Origin: an uncultured Acidobacteriota bacterium
Lineage (GTDB): Bacteria > Acidobacteriota > JAQAZP01
Assembly: GCA_963836075.1 (NCBI GenBank)
Contig: CAWIIB010000001.1
Location: 96,001 to 160,000, forward strand
DNA length: 64,000 nucleotides
Direction of reading: 5' to 3'
The notes under the pieces are model-generated. The model had not been told where the DNA came from and ran no database searches. It saw only the letters and a program-made list of their open reading frames with translations. A program made the position numbers and the translations under genes. Position 1 is the stretch's first letter, and every line of letters begins with the position of its first letter. Shown one piece after another: positions 58,825 to 64,000 of the stretch.

Positions 58825-60807
58825 TCAGCGGTCCACATACCAGGTTCTGAATGCCAGGTCGCCGTCGGCGGGGTGTCCCCCCACCTGGAGGCTGCCGTCG
58901 GGGTAGCTGTCGCTCGCGCTGGCCTGCAGTGCGGGCAGTGGCCCGCGGCCGGCGGGGGCGGAGAGGCGGAGGCGGTATGTCCGGCCGGCGGAGGGGAGTT
59001 CCACCCCCAGGCGCACGGGATAGAAACGGCGGCGGCCGGGCAACCTCCCCGGGGGGATGTCCAGCCGGACCAGTTCACGGCCCCCGGGCCCATCTTCGAA
59101 GAGCTGAAAAACAGACCCGTGGGGCGCGGGAAACCGCTCCTCGGGACCCAGCATCAGGTCGATGCGCGTCAGGCCGTCCGCGGCGCAGCGAAATGTCTGG
59201 TCGATGGAAAGGTCTCCGCCCGAGGAGCCCACAACCCGCTGGGAGGTGAGCTGCCGGCAGTCGATGGCCAGGGGCGGCGGCATGCTCCTCCCGGGTTGCC
59301 GGGCATAGATCTCCAGCATCCGGCCGGGAAATCCAGGGGCCGTCACCCGCTCCACCAGCCGGTAGACCCGGGGAAACCAGGGCTCCTGGTTGGCGAAGTT
59401 GGTCATGAAACCGAAGTTCTCCATCAGCACCAGGTAGTCCGGGGCCATGTTCATCAGGCCCCAGAGCAGGTTGCCCCGGGCCACCTGCTGCAGGTCGATA
59501 TCTCCGGTGAGCCCCAGAAGATCGAGGGTTTGACCGTGGAAACAGTAGCCGAGGTAGCCGATCTCCAGGTGGGCCACGCTCTTCTCCGGTCCGGCCAGGA
59601 CATTCAGCCGCTGGGCGGCCAGCGGGTAGAGTTCTTCCCGGTAGTCAGGATACCGGTGATGCCGCATGACGGCCCGGCTCTCGCCGGCCACAAAGGCGCC
59701 GGCCAGCAGCAGCGCCGCCACCGCGAAAAGGGTCCTCCGGCGGGATCCAGGTGCAGGAGCGCAGAAGGGAACCACCCTGCCGGGCAGGCCCTCGGAGATG
59801 ATGATCAACAGGGCGACCACCACCGGTGTGCTGTACCAGTGATACCCGGCCACACCAAGTACGCTGTACCCGGCGAGGTAGGCGGCCACCCAGAGCAGGA
59901 AGGCCAGCCAGGCACGTCCAGGGGCGGAACGGCGGTGAACCGCTAGCCGCCACACTCCGGGGATGGCGAGAAGCAACAGCGGGTACCAGACCGGGTTGAG
60001 GGCCACCGAGCGGCCGGCCCAGATCCAGAACTGTGACCAGAACCCCAGAAACAGCCCGGACTGGCCCTGGACCATCTTCGCCTCCAGGGTGCTGGGGGCG
60101 AACCCGCCAAGGACCAGCCTGGAATAGGTCAACCAGCTGGCCAGAACCAGCAGGTAGACCAGAAAGCCGGCCCAGGGAAACCGCCGCCGGCGCTGAACGA
60201 TCAGCAGGAGGAGGATCGGGGCGGCCAGAAGACCTTCTCCGCGGGTCAGCGCGGCCAGGGCCAGCAGCAGGGCAGCCGCCACCGGCCGGTCCCGGACTTC
60301 GGAAAGGTGGCAGGCGGCGGCCACCAGGAAACAGAGCAGCACCGGTTCACCGCCAATGGTCAGCACCAACCGGAAATTGATCAGGACCATCAGCCCGAGG
60401 AGCAGGCCGGGCAGGGGACGGGAGGCGGCGGCCTGATTGAAATAGAGCACCGCTGCCAGGCCGCAGAGGGCGAGAATGCTCAACAGGCTGCCCGCCAGCG
60501 GCACTGCCATGCCGGCCCACCCCGCGGCGGCCAGCAGCAGGGTCAGCAGCGGGGATGTGGTGCCGCGGCTGGGGGTCCCGGGATTGAAGCAGAAACCCTG
60601 CCCCTGGCTGAAATTTCTGGCGTAGCGGAAGGTGATGTAGGCGTCATCGTAGGAACGGTCGTGGAAGAGCAGCATCAGCGACCCGGTGGCCAGCAGGAAG
60701 ATCAGCAGGGCGGCAATATGCCAGCGGAGATCCGGAGGGGCGGTGAATTGCTTCGCCGCCGGAACCGGCGGTTCCGGTGCATCAGGAGATGGAGTGCGGG
60801 GCATCAT
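58825..60807 (-). CDS. polytopic membrane GT-C-fold glycosyltransferase-like protein with C-terminal periplasmic domain
   Basis: DDAYITFRYARN..G.G..FNPG..GTTSPL, LTRGEG, many TM helices, DLLGL. Confidence 0.75.
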   Translation of the reverse strand: MMPRTPSPDAPEPPVPAAKQFTAPPDLRWHIAALLIFLLATGSLMLLFHDRSYDDAYITFRYARNFSQGQGFCFNPGTPSRGTTSPLLTLLLAAAGWAGMAVPLAGSLLSILALCGLAAVLYFNQAAASRPLPGLLLGLMVLINFRLVLTIGGEPVLLCFLVAAACHLSEVRDRPVAAALLLALAALTRGEGLLAAPILLLLIVQRRRRFPWAGFLVYLLVLASWLTYSRLVLGGFAPSTLEAKMVQGQSGLFLGFWSQFWIWAGRSVALNPVWYPLLLLAIPGVWRLAVHRRSAPGRAWLAFLLWVAAYLAGYSVLGVAGYHWYSTPVVVALLIIISEGLPGRVVPFCAPAPGSRRRTLFAVAALLLAGAFVAGESRAVMRHHRYPDYREELYPLAAQRLNVLAGPEKSVAHLEIGYLGYCFHGQTLDLLGLTGDIDLQQVARGNLLWGLMNMAPDYLVLMENFGFMTNFANQEPWFPRVYRLVERVTAPGFPGRMLEIYARQPGRSMPPPLAIDCRQLTSQRVVGSSGGDLSIDQTFRCAADGLTRIDLMLGPEERFPAPHGSVFQLFEDGPGGRELVRLDIPPGRLPGRRRFYPVRLGVELPSAGRTYRLRLSAPAGRGPLPALQASASDSYPDGSLQVGGHPADGDLAFRTWYVDR

Positions 60808-60866
60808 TCGGCCATTCTAGCCAAAGCGGCGGTGCCGCATCAAGACGGTTCCGCCCAGACCCAGCA

Positions 60867-60895
60867 TTGACGATAAACGCTTGAAATGTTATAAG
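60867..60895 (+). promoter_or_regulatory. sigma70-type promoter of tRNA-Arg
   Basis: TTGACG-17 bp-TATAAG with TGn extension. Confidence 0.65.
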
Positions 60896-60921
60896 TCTCG
60901 ATCGCGCACTCGTGCCTGTGG

Positions 60922-60998
60922 GCGCCTGTAGCTCAGGTGGATAGAGCAAGGGATTCCTAATCCCTGTGCCGGGGGTTCGAGTCCTCCCAGGCGCACCA
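60922..60998 (+). tRNA. tRNA-Arg(CCT)
   Basis: GCGCCTG...CAGGCGC ACCA, anticodon arm AGGGA-TT-CCT-AA-TCCCT, GGTTCGAGTCC. Confidence 0.95.
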
Positions 60999-61068
60999 GA
61001 CCATCTGCCGTGGTTCCCGGGACCTGCCGCAGGATTGGCCATTACTTTGAAGAACGGAGAGTGTTGAA

Positions 61069-61845
61069 ATGACCGCCAGGAAGCTCACCAGGAAGGAACT
61101 GCTGCGGCAGGACGAGTTTCTGACCAGCATGGAAAAATCCCAGCAGTTCTGGGAGGAGCATAAAAACGTCATACTGATCAGTGCCGCCGTGGTGGTGGCA
61201 GCGGCAATCCTGATTGTTGGCGGTATCTCCTTCTTCAAGGCCCGCGAAGCCAAGGGCGACGCCGCGCTCGCCGAGGCCCTGCGCCCATATCATGGTTCGG
61301 TTCTGGGTGAGAAGTCGGCGGCCCGGGCCACTGACGACCAGATGCAGTTCTCTTCGGAGGCTGAAAAATACCAGCAGTCGATCAGCGCCCTGGATGGTGT
61401 TATCGACAGTTATGGCGGAACGGAAGCCGGTGGCGTGGCCCGGCTCTACCGGGCGCATTCGCTGTTCAACCTTGGTCGCTACTCCGAGGCCCTGGAGGAA
61501 TACCAGTCGTTCCGGGACGCTTCCGGCACAGGAACCCTCTCCGGGCTGGCCCTGCTCAACATGGCCCAGTGCCGCATGATGGAGGGTGATTACCCGGCGG
61601 CTGCCGCTACGTACCAGGAACTGATCGATTCGGCCTCGGAGCTCCGTTTCCCACTGGATACCGCACTGTGCGCTCTGGCCGACTGCACCCTGGAGAGCGG
61701 TGATCAGGAGAAGGCGGCCGGCCTCTACCGCAGGGTGGTGGAAGAGTTCCCCGAGTCGGCCTACCGGTTTGTTGCCGAGGAAAAGCTGGGCAGCCTGGGG
61801 GTCGCAGACAACGCTGCCGGCCTCGCCGGCGCTCCACTGGAGTGA
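61069..61845 (+). CDS. YfgM-like membrane-anchored TPR protein
   Basis: RKELLRQDEF N-terminus, single TM helix, TPR repeats ending YRRVVEEFPES. Confidence 0.8.
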   Translation: MTARKLTRKELLRQDEFLTSMEKSQQFWEEHKNVILISAAVVVAAAILIVGGISFFKAREAKGDAALAEALRPYHGSVLGEKSAARATDDQMQFSSEAEKYQQSISALDGVIDSYGGTEAGGVARLYRAHSLFNLGRYSEALEEYQSFRDASGTGTLSGLALLNMAQCRMMEGDYPAAAATYQELIDSASELRFPLDTALCALADCTLESGDQEKAAGLYRRVVEEFPESAYRFVAEEKLGSLGVADNAAGLAGAPLE

Positions 61846-61854
61846 ACCCGCCCC

Positions 61855-62529
61855 ATGACTTCCACCCTCAAGCGATCATGGCCTCGTGAACTGTTCGAGA
61901 CCATCGTGATCAGTGTCATTCTGGTGCTTTTCTGCAAAACGTTTATTTTTCAGCAGTTTCGCATACCCACCGGATCGATGGAAGACACCCTGCTGGTGGG
62001 GGACCACCTGATGGTCAACAAGTTCATCTTCGGCCCGCTGCAGCCGGAACGGTTCAGCGGGCTGCTGCCGGTTCGTGATGTGCGGCGGGGCGACGTAGTG
62101 GTCTTCAAGTACCCCGAAGATCCGGAGATGCCATTCATCAAAAGGGTCATCGGGTTGCCCGGTGAATCGGTGGAAGTCCGGCGGAAGCAGTTGTATATCA
62201 ATGGCACGGAGCTGGACGAGCCCTACAAATTCCACAAAAGGTCGGGCATCGATACACAGGTGGACTACTACGGGCCGGTGCTGGTACCCCAGGGCAAGCT
62301 TTTCGTGCTGGGGGACAATCGTGACAACAGCCGCGACAGCCGCTTCTGGGGCTTCGTTCCGGTGGACTACCTGATGGGGCGGGCACTGCTCATCTGGTGG
62401 TCCTACGAGGAACGCCGCGGAACCTTCCTCGAGACGCGGATCGACCAGCGGGTGCAAAATTTCTTCGACACCGCCTTCAATTTCTTCTCCAAGACGCGCT
62501 GGCGACGCTCCTTCACCCTTATTCGGTAG
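61855..62529 (+). CDS. lepB: signal peptidase I
   Basis: IPTGSMEDTLLVGD (Ser), FIKRVIGLPG (Lys), GDNRDNSRDSRFWG. Confidence 0.95.
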   Translation: MTSTLKRSWPRELFETIVISVILVLFCKTFIFQQFRIPTGSMEDTLLVGDHLMVNKFIFGPLQPERFSGLLPVRDVRRGDVVVFKYPEDPEMPFIKRVIGLPGESVEVRRKQLYINGTELDEPYKFHKRSGIDTQVDYYGPVLVPQGKLFVLGDNRDNSRDSRFWGFVPVDYLMGRALLIWWSYEERRGTFLETRIDQRVQNFFDTAFNFFSKTRWRRSFTLIR

Positions 62530-62596
62530 AACCTCAGCCTGCGGACCGATAGCTGTGCTGCCGGCCCGCAATCCGAGGTTCTGGAATACCGTGAAG

Positions 62597-64000
62597 TCAG
62601 GGGTAGAGACGAAAGCCGGTAAAGTCTTTCTGTGTCAGCCGGCTGTGGTGCAGCCATATCCGATCGTTCCGCTCGGGGTAGTCGGAACGGAAGTGACTCC
62701 CGCGGCTCTCGGTGCGGATGGCGGCGGCCCGGGCCACCAGGCAGGCGACGGTGACCAGGTTCAACGTCTCCAGCCCTGAGCGGCGGAGCGGTTTGAGCGC
62801 CTTGCGGTCCAGCAGGGACCGCAGGGTGGCAAGGGCTTCGGAGAGTCCCTCTCCGCAGCGCACGATACCCACCCGTTCCCACATCACCTGCCGCGTGGCG
62901 ACCCGGATCTCCTCCAGCGCCTGTTCCTCCCGGGGTTCGGGAACGCAGGGTGCATTGCCGCCCAATCCCCGGAACCCTCTCCCACCGCGGTCCGCGGAGG
63001 GGAGCGCCGTGGCGGCAGTGATCCGGGCCAGCGCGTCAGCGTGGGGCATGGGGGGGCTGTCGGCGAGGACGGCCCGGGCGCTGCGGGCGCCGAACACCAG
63101 ACCCTCCAGCAGCGAGTTGCTGGCCAGCCGGTTGGCACCGTGCACACCGGTGCAGGCTACCTCACCGGCCGCGTAGAGGCCGGGAATGCTGGTCCGGCCG
63201 TGGGCGTCGGTCCAGATCCCACCCATCATGTAGTGCGCGCTGGGCGTCACCGGGATGGCTTCGCGGGTGATGTCGATACCGTAACTGGCGCAGGTGCGGT
63301 GGATCGTGGGGAAGCGCTTGCGGACGAACTCGGAGCGCAGACCGGTGAGGTCGAGGAACACATGGTCCTCGCCGCTCCGCTGCAGCTCGTGGAGGATCTC
63401 CCTGCTCACCACGTCCCGGGGGGCCAGTTCGGCCTGGGGGTGGCGGTCGACCATGAACCGCCGGCCATCAGCGCTGCGCAGCACTCCCCCCTCGCCGCGG
63501 ATCGACTCCGAGAGGAGGAACGAGGGGACGCCGGGCAGGCAGAGGGCAGTGGGGTGGAACTGGACAAACTCCATGTCCATCATCTCCGCCCCGGCGCGGA
63601 AGGCGATGGCCATACCGTCGCCAGTGGCCTGCGGCGGGTTGGTGTTATTGAGAAAGACCTTGCCCGCACCGCCGGTGACCATCAGCACCGCCCGGCCCAG
63701 GATGCGGCGGGGCTTGTCATCTCCGGCGCCGAGGTAGGTGACGCCGAGACAGCGGCCGCCGCTGAGCAACAGGTCCACGGTAAAGGTCTTGGGGATCACC
63801 CGGATCCGGTCCTGGCTGCGGGCCAGGTTGCTGAGGGTTCGGACGATTTCCCGTCCGGTGGAGTCACCCTGGGCATGGAGGATCCGGCGCTTGCTGTGAG
63901 CGCCCTCCCTGGTGAAGGAGAGGCGCAGACCCTCGCGGTCGAACTCGGTGCCCCAGGCGATCAGTTCCGTAACGTGCGCCGGTCCCTGCTCCACGAGAAT
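62597..64000 (-). CDS. nadB: L-aspartate oxidase, 5' end outside the window
   Basis: REGAHSKRRILHA, MEFVQFHPT, SESIRGEG, ELAPRDVVSR, AHYMMGG, TGVHGANRLASNSLLEG, ESRGSH. Confidence 0.93.
   Translation of the reverse strand: MLVEQGPAHVTELIAWGTEFDREGLRLSFTREGAHSKRRILHAQGDSTGREIVRTLSNLARSQDRIRVIPKTFTVDLLLSGGRCLGVTYLGAGDDKPRRILGRAVLMVTGGAGKVFLNNTNPPQATGDGMAIAFRAGAEMMDMEFVQFHPTALCLPGVPSFLLSESIRGEGGVLRSADGRRFMVDRHPQAELAPRDVVSREILHELQRSGEDHVFLDLTGLRSEFVRKRFPTIHRTCASYGIDITREAIPVTPSAHYMMGGIWTDAHGRTSIPGLYAAGEVACTGVHGANRLASNSLLEGLVFGARSARAVLADSPPMPHADALARITAATALPSADRGGRGFRGLGGNAPCVPEPREEQALEEIRVATRQVMWERVGIVRCGEGLSEALATLRSLLDRKALKPLRRSGLETLNLVTVACLVARAAAIRTESRGSHFRSDYPERNDRIWLHHSRLTQKDFTGFRLYP

Noticed and set aside
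1-64000. CRISPR arrays, transposases, prophage genes, rRNA, or an alternative genetic code
   Set aside because: No spaced repeats or mobile-element motifs were seen, and gene breaks are frameshifts rather than in-frame stops.

Overview
GC-rich bacterial core-chromosome window with no mobile element, CRISPR array or rRNA. The gene content (GWxTD protein, DUF6677, Oar-type TonB receptor, lolCD-clpC-bamA-skp-lpxD-fabZ-lpxA) suggests a diderm, probably Acidobacteriota or a relative (inference). It carries dnaB, sucCD, rarA, mutL, a fatty-acid cluster, outer-membrane and lipid A genes, a peptidase/TonB/TPR/GWxTD cluster, miaA-hfq, trpS, der, an MglA-like GTPase, merR-tRNA-Pro-surE-pcm, apt, lepB, a partial nadB and three tRNAs (Pro-GGG, Pro-CGG, Arg-CCT). 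The most interesting feature is the fatty-acid synthesis cluster. It reads yceD-rpmF-plsX-[acyl-CoA dehydrogenase]-fabG-acpP-fabF-etfB-etfA, so an ACAD sits where fabH/fabD normally are and an ETF pair follows fabF. This points to an ETF-coupled ACAD acting as the enoyl-ACP reductase (hypothesis). Other leads are a CdvA-like coiled-coil/FHA protein, an orphan MglA with a long tail, SLH domains in a diderm, and a Fur-like box plus structured leader before the TonB receptor. Eight single-base frameshifts in six genes, mostly +1 at short homopolymers, look like assembly errors. All family calls come from motif recognition by eye, not database searches.
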